A DNA stretch of 51,975 nucleotides, the filler included, from Spirochaetales bacterium (GTDB lineage: Bacteria > Spirochaetota > Spirochaetia > Treponematales > UBA12059), in the NCBI GenBank assembly GCA_016928955.1. It is 2 parts of 2 records of this genome, joined end to end, with 100 filler letters (N's around TTAATTAATTAA, not from the genome) between each part and the next. Parts side by side here need not be neighbours in the genome. Positions count along the whole stretch, not along the records: positions 25,613 to 51,975 come from JAFGJV010000030.1; 1 more part is not named here. The stretch is one strand, 5' to 3'. Under the pieces are notes generated by a model that was not told the DNA's origin, made no database searches, and saw only the letters and a list, made by a program, of their open reading frames with translations. Position 1 is the first letter of the stretch, and each line of letters starts with the position of its first letter. Position numbers and translations under genes: made by a program. Shown here in pieces: positions 26,803 through 36,916 of the stretch.

Positions 26803-27644
26803 GCCTCCGTCTGGTCGACGTCCACAAGCGTTACGTCGGCGGGAAACGGGTACTCAGGGGACTTTCGTTTTCCGTAGAGCGTGGACAGACGTATGCTCTT
26901 ATTGGTCCGAACGGCGCAGGAAAATCAACCACTATTAAGTGCATCATCGGGGCGTCGCGCACCGATTCGGGGGCCATATCCTTCGAGGGACGGCCGATTC
27001 CCGAGCTGAAGGAACGGCGAGGCCTTGCGTACTTGCCTGAAGCGCTCGTGCCGCCTCGGACGGCCACGATGGAGGAGTATCTCGACGCGGTCGCGGTGCT
27101 CAAGGATCTTCCAGCCGCTGATGGCCGCGTACGGTACCGTGAGCTGTCGGAGCGCCTCGGGCTGACCGGCGTCCTAAAAAAACGCATCGCTACTTTCTCG
27201 AAAGGAATGCGGAAGAAGGTAAGCCTCATACAAGCTTTCCTTGGCTCATCTGAGCTTATGATCCTAGACGAGCCGACCTCGGACCTGGATCCGGTAGCTC
27301 GCCGCTGCGCGTTGACGCTCATAGGCGAACGTGCCGCGGAAGGCAGCGCCATTCTTCTAACTTCGCATATCCTTACCGACCTTGAGCGCGTATGCAAACG
27401 TGCCGGTTTGCTTCTTGGCGGCGCCATGACCAACGAGATCGACGTGGCCTACTATAAGCGGAATAGACTGAGCGCCAGGATCAGGCTTGAAGCGGAGGTG
27501 GGTGACGCATCAGTTGAGCTTGAACTTGGCGGCCCAAAGGCGAGATTGGACGGGGAGTATCGCCTAAAGGATCTGGTATACGACACGGTGGATCTGGAAG
27601 ACTGGTATCATGACGGGCTCGGTGGCGCGGGAGGGAAGGCATGA
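26799..27644 (+). CDS. ABC exporter ATP-binding protein
   Basis: GPNGAGKST, FSKGMRKK, ILDEPT, TSH. Confidence 0.92.
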   Translation: MSLRLVDVHKRYVGGKRVLRGLSFSVERGQTYALIGPNGAGKSTTIKCIIGASRTDSGAISFEGRPIPELKERRGLAYLPEALVPPRTATMEEYLDAVAVLKDLPAADGRVRYRELSERLGLTGVLKKRIATFSKGMRKKVSLIQAFLGSSELMILDEPTSDLDPVARRCALTLIGERAAEGSAILLTSHILTDLERVCKRAGLLLGGAMTNEIDVAYYKRNRLSARIRLEAEVGDASVELELGGPKARLDGEYRLKDLVYDTVDLEDWYHDGLGGAGGKA

Positions 27645-28435
27645 AACCAGGCACGAGATATAGGGTGGCGCTCCTCACTAATGACCCGATACTTTTAGTC
27701 CTTCTGGCTGGAGGCGTCCTCTTCCTGAACATATCGTTCTTCGGAACCGGAGTATTAGAGGCCTCTGAGCTCGCGCTCTCAGCCTACCGCAAAGCCATAC
27801 TGTTCTGGTCCTCGCTCCAAAACGTCATGGGATTGATAATACCAATCACAGCCATGTACCTCGGGCTTCGCCTGCTCGGCCCGGAGCTTGGCGGTGGGCA
27901 GTGGTATGTGGAACTGTCGTGCGCGAAAAGCCGAATCGCATTATTCTGGCGGCATGTGGTTCCGGCCCTGGTCATTCTTGTATCGTTCGTCGCGGCTCTG
28001 ACCGTGGACGCGTATGCGCTAGGGCGGGTTTCCAAGATGCCCGACGATTTCGCAAACCTGTGGACCTTTTTCTCCGGCTATTGCACCCAAGGGGCTGTGT
28101 ACTTCTCTGTAGGGCTCCTCTCAAGTGTTGTATTCTGGGGCTGGGGCGGGCTGGCTTCCTGCTTGGCGTTCTTTGTCATGGCGAGTATTGTAGTCGACGG
28201 GGTCGTGCCGTTCTTGAACTTGAGCCTCATGCTACCGAAGTGGATCAATCGACCGCTACATTTCGTATTCCCGGCGATGGGTCAGTACCTTAACTTGAGC
28301 GACCCGGACGCCATCGTTACAGGGAGTATGCCGCTTTTCTTCCGTATGGGGTTACACCACCATTGGTACCAATTAGCATGGGCGGCCATGGTAGGATCGA
28401 TAGCTGCCCTAGCAGCGTCCCGCAAGGACTACTGA
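27641..28435 (+). CDS. ABC-2 type permease
   Basis: About 6 hydrophobic segments; ELGGGQW...SR loop; ATGA-coupled to the ATPase gene. Confidence 0.75.
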   Translation: MKPGTRYRVALLTNDPILLVLLAGGVLFLNISFFGTGVLEASELALSAYRKAILFWSSLQNVMGLIIPITAMYLGLRLLGPELGGGQWYVELSCAKSRIALFWRHVVPALVILVSFVAALTVDAYALGRVSKMPDDFANLWTFFSGYCTQGAVYFSVGLLSSVVFWGWGGLASCLAFFVMASIVVDGVVPFLNLSLMLPKWINRPLHFVFPAMGQYLNLSDPDAIVTGSMPLFFRMGLHHHWYQLAWAAMVGSIAALAASRKDY

Positions 28436-28561
28436 AGTCACGCCCACGTTCTACCATTCCGTATCGCTTGCCCAAGGCCGCCCATTTGGGTACAGTTGCG
28501 GTACGGGGCCGCGAAACCGACGCCTGAACCCGCCCCCCTACCCGTAACGCAAGGAGCTATC

Positions 28562-29905
28562 ATGGTCATTCTCACCCTCAACTGCGGAAGTTCGTCCGTC
28601 AAATATCAGGTTTTTGACTGGGACCAGAAAAGCGTGCTGGCCAGCGGCATCGTCGAGCGGGTGACGCTGGGCGACTCGGTCATCAACCACAAGGCGCCCG
28701 GAATCTGCGAGTTCACGCAGGAGCACGAGTGTCCCACCCATACCGTGGCCATCGAGCTGATCCTCAAGACCATCACCGATCCCAAGCACGGCGTGGTCAA
28801 GGACATGTCGACGATAGGCGCGGTCGGCCACCGCATGGTCCACGGCGGCATGAAATTCGCGCGCTCGGTGCTGATCACCGACGAGTCGTTGGCCACCTTC
28901 AAGGAGCTCATAGACCTGGCTCCCCTGCACAACCCGGCCAATATCATGGGCGTGGAAGCGGCCCGCGAGGTCCTGCCCAACGTGCCGCACTGCGCCATCA
29001 TGGATACCGCCTGGCACCAGACCATGCCGGAGTCCAGCTTCCTGTACGCCATACCCAAGGAGTGGTACGACAAGTACCAGGTGCGCCGCTACGGTTTCCA
29101 CGGCACCAGCTTCCTGTACACGGCCAAGCGCGCCGCCGTGCTCCTTGGCAAGGATCCCTTCAAGACCAACCTGATCATAGCGCACATAGGCAACGGGTCG
29201 TCCATCAACGCCGTCAAGGACGGATGCTCGTACGACACGTCCATGGGCATGACCCCGCTGGAGGGTCTCGTGATGGGCACGCGCTCCGGCGACCTGGACC
29301 CCGGCATCATCTTCCACATGATGAAGCGCGGCGGCCTCCACGCCGGCGAGGTGGAGAAGAAGCTCAACAAGGAATCCGGCGTGCTTGGCCTGACCGAGCA
29401 CTGGGCCGACAGGCGGGACATAGAGAACGCCGCGGACGAAGGCAACCACGCCGCCCAGGTGGCCCAGGCCATAGAGGGCTACCGCATCAAGAAGTACATA
29501 GGCGCCTATTTTGCCGCCCTGGGCCGGGTGGACGCCCTGGTGTTCACCGCCGGCGTGGGCGAGATGGGCCCCATCACCCGCGAGCTGGCCACCGCCGGGC
29601 TTGAGGGTCTGGGCATCGTCATAGACAAGGAAAAGAACAACAAGGCCAAGTGCCGCAACGCCGAGCTGGACATCACCGGGGCGGGCAGCAAGGTCAAGGT
29701 GTACGTCATACCCACCGACGAGGAGCTGGTGATGACCGAGGACGCGTACGCGCTGATGAACGGCACCTACGACGTGCACACAAACTACACCTACCACTTC
29801 CAGGACCCCGCCTACGTGAACAAGCAGAGGGCGGCGGGCTTGGAGAAGGACCTCCAGAAGAAACCCTATCTGGCAGAGCTCATAGCCAGGCCGCCCAAGG
29901 CCTGA
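28562..29905 (+). CDS. ackA: Acetate kinase
   Basis: [51 protein letters not shown]. Confidence 0.97.
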   Translation: MVILTLNCGSSSVKYQVFDWDQKSVLASGIVERVTLGDSVINHKAPGICEFTQEHECPTHTVAIELILKTITDPKHGVVKDMSTIGAVGHRMVHGGMKFARSVLITDESLATFKELIDLAPLHNPANIMGVEAAREVLPNVPHCAIMDTAWHQTMPESSFLYAIPKEWYDKYQVRRYGFHGTSFLYTAKRAAVLLGKDPFKTNLIIAHIGNGSSINAVKDGCSYDTSMGMTPLEGLVMGTRSGDLDPGIIFHMMKRGGLHAGEVEKKLNKESGVLGLTEHWADRRDIENAADEGNHAAQVAQAIEGYRIKKYIGAYFAALGRVDALVFTAGVGEMGPITRELATAGLEGLGIVIDKEKNNKAKCRNAELDITGAGSKVKVYVIPTDEELVMTEDAYALMNGTYDVHTNYTYHFQDPAYVNKQRAAGLEKDLQKKPYLAELIARPPKA

Positions 29906-29943
29906 CGGAAAACCGGCGACGCTGCCCGTGGCCTGCGCCTTGG

Positions 29944-29971
29944 TTGACGCCGGGCCGGCCGCGGGTATAAT
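29944..29971 (+). promoter_or_regulatory. Sigma70-type promoter, probably leaderless
   Basis: TTGACG-N16-TATAAT, 8 nt before the ATG at 29980. Confidence 0.65.
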
Positions 29972-29979
29972 CGGGAACC

Positions 29980-30741
29980 ATGACACTAGCAGATTTTGAC
30001 CGTTGGGCGCGCGCCCTGTTGTCCATAGACTCCTTCCGCCAAGCCGACGACTCGCTGAACGGCGTGCAGGTTGGTCGCATGGACGCCCCGCTGGGGAAAA
30101 TGGCCTTTGCCGTGGACGCCAGCCTGGAAGCCATACGGCGGGCGTCCGAGGCGGGTGCCCAGGCATTGTTCGTGCACCACGGCCTGTTCTGGGGCAAGCC
30201 AGCTCCCCTGGTCGGTTGGCTCAGGGAACGGGTGGCCGCCCTTATCCAGTCCGACCTGGCGCTGTACGCCTGCCACCTGCCCTTGGACGCGCATCCCGTG
30301 GTGGGCAACAACGCCGGTCTGGCCAGGCTTCTTGGCCTTTCGGATATCCGTCCTTTCGGGCGCTACCACGGCGTGGATATAGGCTTCAGGGGAAGCGTGG
30401 ACCCGGCCATCACCCTGGAAGAAGCCCAGAAGCGCGTGTTGCCCTCGGGCGACCCGCCCCTGTCCGTTCTGCCCTTTGGCCCCGAGCGCATACGTTCGGT
30501 CTCCGTGATATCCGGCGGCGCGGCCATGGAAGCGATGGAGGCCATAGACGCGGGCGTTGACCTGTACGTGACCGGCGAGCCGTCCCATTCGGTATACCAC
30601 CAGGCCCAGGAAGCCGGCCTGAACATCATAGCCGCGGGCCACTACCGGACCGAGGTACACGGGCCCAAGGCCATGGCCGAGAGGGCTGCGTTCGACCTGG
30701 GCCTTGAAACCGTGTTTCTGGAACTGCCTACCGGCCTGTGA
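29980..30741 (+). CDS. Nif3-like dinuclear metal centre protein (YbgI family)
   Basis: NGVQVG, VHHGLFW, HLPLDAHP..GNN, GHYRTE. Confidence 0.93.
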   Translation: MTLADFDRWARALLSIDSFRQADDSLNGVQVGRMDAPLGKMAFAVDASLEAIRRASEAGAQALFVHHGLFWGKPAPLVGWLRERVAALIQSDLALYACHLPLDAHPVVGNNAGLARLLGLSDIRPFGRYHGVDIGFRGSVDPAITLEEAQKRVLPSGDPPLSVLPFGPERIRSVSVISGGAAMEAMEAIDAGVDLYVTGEPSHSVYHQAQEAGLNIIAAGHYRTEVHGPKAMAERAAFDLGLETVFLELPTGL

Positions 30742-30770
30742 CGGCCGGATACCATCCATCGGAGGCTACC

Positions 30771-31292
30771 GTGCCCGAACGAATCCGACCGAGCGCCGCC
30801 CCTTTCATCATGGGCGCCATCCTCGTCGTCATCGACCAGATCACCAAATTCGTCGTCCTCAAGACCATACCCGTGGGCGCCAGGGCCTTCAGCGCCTTTG
30901 GCGATTTTTTCTGGCTGGTACACCACAAAAACCTGGGCGCGGCCTTCAGCATGGGCGACGGCATGCCGGCTTTCCTGCGGGTCCTGATCCTGATCGTCCT
31001 GCCGCTCGGGCTCCTGGCCGGCCTGGTCGTCTACTATTTCCGCACCAACGAGTTTACCAAACTGCAACGCTGGGCGGTAGGCTTGATAGTGGCCGGAGGG
31101 CTGGGGAACCAGATAGACCGTATTTTCAGGCCGGACGGCGTCATCGATTTCCTATCCGTAAAGTTCTACGGTCTGTTCGGGCTGGAGCGCTGGCCCACCT
31201 TCAACGTGGCCGACTCCTGTATTTTCATTGGCGGCATCCTGTTCGTGGCGGCCGGCCTGTTCGCTCCCCGCCACCAGCCCACGGCCGAGTGA
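30771..31292 (+). CDS. lspA: Lipoprotein signal peptidase II
   Basis: DQITK, NLGAAFS, GNQIDR, VIDF, FNVAD; GGAGG RBS before GTG. Confidence 0.93.
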   Translation: MPERIRPSAAPFIMGAILVVIDQITKFVVLKTIPVGARAFSAFGDFFWLVHHKNLGAAFSMGDGMPAFLRVLILIVLPLGLLAGLVVYYFRTNEFTKLQRWAVGLIVAGGLGNQIDRIFRPDGVIDFLSVKFYGLFGLERWPTFNVADSCIFIGGILFVAAGLFAPRHQPTAE

Positions 31293-31540
31293 AGCTTAGA
31301 GCCTGCCTGCGGGGCGCCGCCGGCGTGCTGGCCGCGGCGCTGACCTGCGGTTGTATCTTCTTTGCCCTTCTTTCCCTCTGGGGCGTGTTGTTTGCCCCCT
31401 GGGTGCGCCTGACCTCGGCCAGCTTTGTCATCATCGTGGCCTGGGTATTGGCCACCGCGCTGACCGTGCTCATCTTCCGTGTCCGGCGGACCACTACCAA
31501 AAGCCAACCACGGAGGCACCGTGCGCCGCGGGACCCGTAG
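31289..31540 (+). CDS. Small two-TM hypothetical protein (83 aa)
   Basis: GTGA overlap with the lspA stop; two hydrophobic helices and a basic tail. Confidence 0.5.
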   Translation: MKLRACLRGAAGVLAAALTCGCIFFALLSLWGVLFAPWVRLTSASFVIIVAWVLATALTVLIFRVRRTTTKSQPRRHRAPRDP

Positions 31541-31739
31541 CGGCGCTAGGGAAAAGCTTGGGGGGTATACCCCCGTGCCCAACGGACCACGTTAAAAAAT
31601 GCTTGCCACAGATGCGTATTGTAGAATCAGAAAAACCGAGGCCAGGTGCAAAGAAGCACCCCGCGCTCATTCCTTTCCCCACCTGCTTTGACAGAGAAGA
31701 TGGCCGCATCAAAGCTTCGTCGCACTGGGGAAACGACGC

Positions 31740-31790
31740 TTGACGGCACGCCAAACTCGAGGTATACCTTATGGTATGCTGGTAATACCA
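31740..31790 (+). promoter_or_regulatory. Promoter and candidate GntR/FadR-type operator of the oxidoreductase operon
   Basis: TTGACG-N17-TATACC; GGTATACC, TGGTATG and the palindrome TGGTAATACCA. Confidence 0.45.
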
Positions 31791-31872
31791 CAGAAGTTCT
31801 CTAGCGTCTCCGCGGTGTACATGGCCGCTCCTTGTTCCAAGCACCGCGCTCCGACGGTATCAGGGTGGGTTC

Positions 31873-33639
31873 ATGGCTAAGCCTCGGCACGTTGACAAGA
31901 CCCGCGGCTCCGGCGCGGAAACAGGCGCCCTGCCCCTGGCCAAGGCTCTGGACAAGCTCCGTAAGGCCTATGGCACGGGTATAGAGCTGCGCGACGACCG
32001 AGGCTCCCTGGCTCTTGAGGGCGCGGTGGCAACCTGGCGGGACAAGATCGACGCCGGGTGGGCGGCAGCCCGCTTTGGCTACCGCGGCGTGGTCAACGAC
32101 CTGGCCGTGCCTGGGCTTGAGCCCGAGCGCCTTGAGCCGCCGGGCATCAAGGACTGTAGCCTGGACGGCCTGGCTGTGGACGTGGCCGTTATAGGCGGCG
32201 GCGTGATAGGGGCCTCAGTGGCCCGGGAGCTGGCTCGCTGGAACCTGTCCATCATCCTGATCGAGAAAGAATACGACGTGGCCGTACACACGTCCGGACG
32301 CAACGACGGCATGATCCACGACGGCTTTGCCGCCAAGCCCGGCACCAAGAAGGCCTGGTACAACGTGCGCGGAAACCGGCTCTGGGGTTCCTGGGCCCGG
32401 GAGCTGGGCGTGGATTTCAAGCGGCAGGGCTCCCTGGTACTGTTCAGGGGCCGTACCAGCGCGGCGGCCTATCCCCTGATGGCATCCCGCGCCAAGGAGA
32501 ACGGCGTGGACGGCTGGGAGTACTGGAGCCGTTCCAGGGTGCGGGCCGAGGAACCCAACGCGTCGCCCGGGCAACACGGCGGCTTCTTCCTGCCGAGCGC
32601 GGGCAGCCTGTCGCCGTACAAGGCCACGGTGGCCATCGCGGAGAACGCCGCGGCCAACGGGGTGCGCGTGTCGTTCGACACCTGCGTGCTGGGCTTTGAC
32701 CTGGAGTCAGAATCCATAGCGGCCGTGCGCACCAACCGGGGCACGTTCCGGGCCCGCGCCGTGGTCAACGCCGCGGGCAACTGGGCCGACGCCGTGGCCG
32801 GCATGGCGGGCGACCGGTTTTTCAGCCTGCACCAGCGCCGGGGCTCGGACCTGATTCTGGACGTGACCACGGGCGTCACCCAGAAGCACATCATGAGCAT
32901 GCCCAGCCTGTTCCAGGCGCGCGAGAAAACCAAGGGCGGCGGCCTGGTGCTGACGCCCGAGGGCAACATACTGGTCGGGCCCACGGCGCGGGAACTGCCG
33001 GGCCGGGAGGACTACGCCACGGCGCCCGAGGAGATACGCGAGCTTGAACGGCACCTCAAGGTCAACGTCAGGCTGTCCCTGTCCCACGTGATCACCTATT
33101 TTGCCGGTGTGCGGCCATGCACCTATGAGGAAGACTTCATCGTGGAACCCAGCCAGCGGGTGCGCAATCTGGTGCATGCGGCCGGCATACAGTCGCCGGG
33201 GCTGGCGTCTGCGCCGGCCATAGCCGAGGATGTGTCGGCCATGGTCGTCCGCGTCCTGGAGCGGAGCATGGCCGTGAGGCCCCGGGCCGACTGGAAACCC
33301 CACCGCCTGGCCCCGCCCGAGCTCAGGCGCCTGCCCCTGGAGGAACGGGCGCGGCTCATTGCGGCCAACCCGCGCTACGGCCGCATCGTATGCCGCTGCG
33401 AGGAAATATCCGAGGGCGAGGTGAGGAACGCCCTGCGCTCGACCCTGCCCGTGTCCAGCCTGGACGCGGTCAAGCGCCGCACCCGCGCGGGCATGGGCCG
33501 CTGTCACGGCGGCTTCTGCACGCCGCGCGTGATGGAAATCGTGGCCTCTGAGACGGGTACCGGGCTGTGCGACGTCCTCAAGAAAGGCGAGGGCTCGTGG
33601 ATGTGCGCCGGGCCGAGCAAGTCGGGAGGCCGTTCATGA
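31873..33639 (+). CDS. GlpA/LhgO-like FAD oxidoreductase with BON-like N-terminus and BFD-like [2Fe-2S] C-terminus
   Basis: IGGGVIG, TSGRNDGMIHDG, GIQSPGL, CRCEEI...GRCHGGFC. Confidence 0.88.
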   Translation: MAKPRHVDKTRGSGAETGALPLAKALDKLRKAYGTGIELRDDRGSLALEGAVATWRDKIDAGWAAARFGYRGVVNDLAVPGLEPERLEPPGIKDCSLDGLAVDVAVIGGGVIGASVARELARWNLSIILIEKEYDVAVHTSGRNDGMIHDGFAAKPGTKKAWYNVRGNRLWGSWARELGVDFKRQGSLVLFRGRTSAAAYPLMASRAKENGVDGWEYWSRSRVRAEEPNASPGQHGGFFLPSAGSLSPYKATVAIAENAAANGVRVSFDTCVLGFDLESESIAAVRTNRGTFRARAVVNAAGNWADAVAGMAGDRFFSLHQRRGSDLILDVTTGVTQKHIMSMPSLFQAREKTKGGGLVLTPEGNILVGPTARELPGREDYATAPEEIRELERHLKVNVRLSLSHVITYFAGVRPCTYEEDFIVEPSQRVRNLVHAAGIQSPGLASAPAIAEDVSAMVVRVLERSMAVRPRADWKPHRLAPPELRRLPLEERARLIAANPRYGRIVCRCEEISEGEVRNALRSTLPVSSLDAVKRRTRAGMGRCHGGFCTPRVMEIVASETGTGLCDVLKKGEGSWMCAGPSKSGGRS

Positions 33640-34943
33640 GCGTCGGCCTTCAGTCTATGGAAACCGATGTGGTGGTCCTTGGCGCCGGGCCGGCCGGGCT
33701 CGCGGCGGCCGTGTCCGCCCGCTCGGCAGGCGCGCGCGTGCTCCTGGTCGAGCGCGAGGATCGCGTGGGCGGCATACTCAAGCAGTGCGTCCATGACGGC
33801 TTTGGGCTGGAGAAATTCAGGGAGCGCCTGACCGGGCCCGAGTACGCCCTGCGGGAAGCCGACGCGTTCCGGGCATCCGGCGCTTCCCTCCTCACGGAGG
33901 CTTATGTTACCAGCGCCACGCGCTCGGGCGACTCGTCGTTCCTCTTGGACTGCGTAAGCCCGCGGGGAGTGGCCCAGGTCAGGGCCCGCGCCCTGGTCAT
34001 GGCCACCGGCTGCCGAGAGCGCACGGACCGCCAGGTGTTCATCCACGGCGACCGGCCGGCCGGCATATTCACGGCGGGCCTGGCCCAGTACATGGTGAAC
34101 GTCCAGGGGCTGTTGCCGGGCCGCCGCGCCGTCATACTGGGTTCGGGCGACATAGGCCTGATCATGGCGCGCCGACTCACGCTGGAGGGCGTGAAGGTGG
34201 AAGGCGTGTACGAGATCAAGAGCGAGCCGTCCGGCCTGGCGCGCAACGTCCGCCAGTGCCTGGAGGATTTCGGCATACCCCTGTACCTGTCCACCACGGT
34301 CACCTCGGTGCGCGGACGGCGGCGCGTTGAGGGCGTCACGGTGGCCGCCGTGGACGGGCGCTCGCGGCCCATACCGGGAACCGAGCGCGAGCTGGCCTGC
34401 GACACGCTGATCCTGTCCGTGGGCCTCATACCGGAGAACGAGCTGGCCGTGTCCCTTGGCGTGCCCCTGGACGGAGCCACCCGTGGGCCGCGCGTGGACC
34501 AGAACATGCACACCCTGGCGGACGGGGTGTTCGCCTGCGGCAACGCGGTGCACGTGAATGACCTGGCCGACTATGTGTCCGAATCGGGACGGGTAGCCGG
34601 CGGGGCTGCCGCCGCCTGGGCCCTGGGCGGCCCGCAGGCCCGCGACCTTACGCCCCTGCGCGCAGGGCCCGGCTTTCTGTACGCCGTGCCTCAGTTTGTT
34701 GACGTGCTGTCGGGCGAACGCGGCTCCGTGTTCTTCCGGAGCAACGCTACCGTGGCGGCCGGGGCCCGAGTGTCGCTCGGCGCCATGAAGGACGACGACA
34801 GGCGTGAACTGGCGGCCAAAACGTATCCCGTCCTCCGGCCGCCCGAGCTCGAGCGCCTGGTCCTGCCTCCGGAGCTTCCATCCGGCGCGGATAGCTATAT
34901 TCTGGATATGGAGCGCATGGACGGCGGAGGGAACGATGCCTGA
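33636..34943 (+). CDS. NAD(P)/FAD-dependent oxidoreductase (partner subunit)
   Basis: GAGPAG, GGILKQCVHDGFG, TGPEY, ATGCRER, GSGDIG, GNAVHV. Confidence 0.9.
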   Translation: MSVGLQSMETDVVVLGAGPAGLAAAVSARSAGARVLLVEREDRVGGILKQCVHDGFGLEKFRERLTGPEYALREADAFRASGASLLTEAYVTSATRSGDSSFLLDCVSPRGVAQVRARALVMATGCRERTDRQVFIHGDRPAGIFTAGLAQYMVNVQGLLPGRRAVILGSGDIGLIMARRLTLEGVKVEGVYEIKSEPSGLARNVRQCLEDFGIPLYLSTTVTSVRGRRRVEGVTVAAVDGRSRPIPGTERELACDTLILSVGLIPENELAVSLGVPLDGATRGPRVDQNMHTLADGVFACGNAVHVNDLADYVSESGRVAGGAAAAWALGGPQARDLTPLRAGPGFLYAVPQFVDVLSGERGSVFFRSNATVAAGARVSLGAMKDDDRRELAAKTYPVLRPPELERLVLPPELPSGADSYILDMERMDGGGNDA

Positions 34944-35310
34944 AACCCTGAACCTTACCTGCATCGTGTGCCCGCGCGGTTGCCGCCTGACCGTAGTCAA
35001 GGATGGCGACGCCGTGAGCGTCAGCGGCCACGCCTGCCCTCGGGGAGAGGCCTACGGCAGGCAGGAGGCTGTTTGCCCCCTGCGTTCGCTGACCACCACC
35101 GTGCGCGCGGATGGCGGGGCGCGGCCGCGGCTGGCCGTGCGCTCGAGCGCGGACCTGCCCCTGTCCCGGCTCCTTGATGCCATGGCCGCCCTGGACGGCG
35201 TGGTAGTGAGGGCCCCGGTCCGCGCGGGAGACGTGGTGGCCCGCGATATACTAGGCCTTGGCGTCGACATGCTGGCCACGGACAATCTGGAGGAAGCCCG
35301 CCATGAATGA
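34936..35310 (+). CDS. DUF1667-type CxxC small metal-binding protein
   Basis: CIVCPRGC...CPRGEAY...TTTV; GGAGG RBS. Confidence 0.85.
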   Translation: MPETLNLTCIVCPRGCRLTVVKDGDAVSVSGHACPRGEAYGRQEAVCPLRSLTTTVRADGGARPRLAVRSSADLPLSRLLDAMAALDGVVVRAPVRAGDVVARDILGLGVDMLATDNLEEARHE

Positions 35311-36862
35311 CCAACGAGTGCTGTCCATAGACTGCGGGACCCAGAGCCTGCGCGCCCTGGTGTTCGACGCGACCGGCAGGCTGACGCACCGGCGCAAGGT
35401 TGAGTACGCGCCTTACGTGAGCGAGCGGCCGGGTTGGGCGGAGCAGGACCCCGAGGTATGGTGGACGGCCCTGGTAGACGCGGTGCGCGGGCTTCTGTCC
35501 GACGACCCAGCGGCCCTGGACGGCGTCGCGGGCGTTGCCCTGACCACCCAGCGCGATTCCATGATATGCCTGGACCAGGACGCCAGGGCCGTGCGCCCGG
35601 CCATCCTGTGGCTGGACGCGCGCAAGGCGCCCAGGCCGTACAGGCCGGACTTTCTCACGGCGGCCGGGCTCGGGATCATTGGCATGACCGAGGCCCTGGC
35701 GCGCACCCAGGAGTCGGGCAAGTGCAGCTGGATACGCGTCAACCAGCCTGAAATCTGGGACGGCACCCGGGCCTATGTCCAGGTGTCGGGTTTCCTCACG
35801 GCCAGGCTGACCGGCCGCTTTGCCGATTCGGTGGCGTCGCAGATAGGCCACATACCCTTTGACTATAGGCGGCAGCGCTGGGCCCCAGCATCCCACCGCA
35901 ACGCCAAGATGTTTCCCGTGGAGCCGGACAAGCTGCCTGAACTGGTACGGCCCGGCGGGGAGCTCGGCCGGATCACGGACGCCGCGTCCAGAGCCACTGG
36001 CATACCGGCGGGCCTTCCGCTCATAGCCGCGGGCTCGGACAAGGGCTGCGAGACCCTGGGCATGGGCGTGGTTGACCCGGGCATGGCCAGCCTGTCCTTT
36101 GGCACCACGGCCACCGTCCAGACCACCAGCCCGCGCTATCTTGAGCCCCTTCGTTTCATGCCCTCGTACCCGGCGCCCGTGCCCGGCGGCTTCAATCCCG
36201 AGGTGGAGATTTTCCGCGGCTACTGGATGATCACCTGGTTCAAGAGCCAGTTCGCCTACCAGGAAGTGTCGGAAGCCATGAAGCGCGGCCTGGCGCCGGA
36301 GGTGCTCCTCAACGAGCTTTTGGAATCCACGCCGCCCGGCGGCCACGGCCTGGTCATGCAGCCGTACTGGACCGCCGGCCTCAAGACGCCCGCGGCCAAG
36401 GGAGCCGTCATAGGCTTTGGCGACGTGCACGAGCGCGCCCACCTGTACCGCGCCATCATAGAGGGCCTGGCCTACGGCCTCAAGGACGGGTTGGACAAGA
36501 TCGAGCGGGCGTCGGGCAAGCGGGTGGGGCTCCTGGCCGTGTCCGGGGGCGCCAGCCAGAGCGACCAGATATGCCAGATTTCGGCCGACGTGTTCGACCT
36601 GCCCATCGTGCGCGGAAAGACCTGGGAGACCAGCGGCCTGGGCGCGGCCATGTGCGCCGCCGCGGGCCTGGGCTGGTACCCGAGCGTGCGCGACGCGTCG
36701 CTGGCCATGAGCGGCCGCTCCACGCAGTTCGAGCCCGACCCGGCCAACGCCCGCCTGTACCGCGAGCTGTACCGCCGCGTGTACAAGCGCATGTACAAGG
36801 CCCTGTCGCCCCTGTACGAGGCGATACGGGACATCACCGGCTATCCCGAGAAACCCCAATGA
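35303..36862 (+). CDS. FGGY-family carbohydrate kinase
   Basis: IDCGTQS, GWAEQDP, ILWLD.R, YRAIIEG, SGGASQS. Confidence 0.92.
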   Translation: MNDQRVLSIDCGTQSLRALVFDATGRLTHRRKVEYAPYVSERPGWAEQDPEVWWTALVDAVRGLLSDDPAALDGVAGVALTTQRDSMICLDQDARAVRPAILWLDARKAPRPYRPDFLTAAGLGIIGMTEALARTQESGKCSWIRVNQPEIWDGTRAYVQVSGFLTARLTGRFADSVASQIGHIPFDYRRQRWAPASHRNAKMFPVEPDKLPELVRPGGELGRITDAASRATGIPAGLPLIAAGSDKGCETLGMGVVDPGMASLSFGTTATVQTTSPRYLEPLRFMPSYPAPVPGGFNPEVEIFRGYWMITWFKSQFAYQEVSEAMKRGLAPEVLLNELLESTPPGGHGLVMQPYWTAGLKTPAAKGAVIGFGDVHERAHLYRAIIEGLAYGLKDGLDKIERASGKRVGLLAVSGGASQSDQICQISADVFDLPIVRGKTWETSGLGAAMCAAAGLGWYPSVRDASLAMSGRSTQFEPDPANARLYRELYRRVYKRMYKALSPLYEAIRDITGYPEKPQ

Positions 36863-36916
36863 CCGCGGCGGCCCGACTATTGGCCGCACCGGCTGTTTCC
36901 GTGAAAGGACACGACC

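Noticed and set aside
31560..31574. GGGGGTATACCCCC as a CsoR/RcnR operator
   Set aside because: The arrangement is inverted relative to the usual TAC-C/G-tract-GTA sites and no metal-related gene is adjacent.
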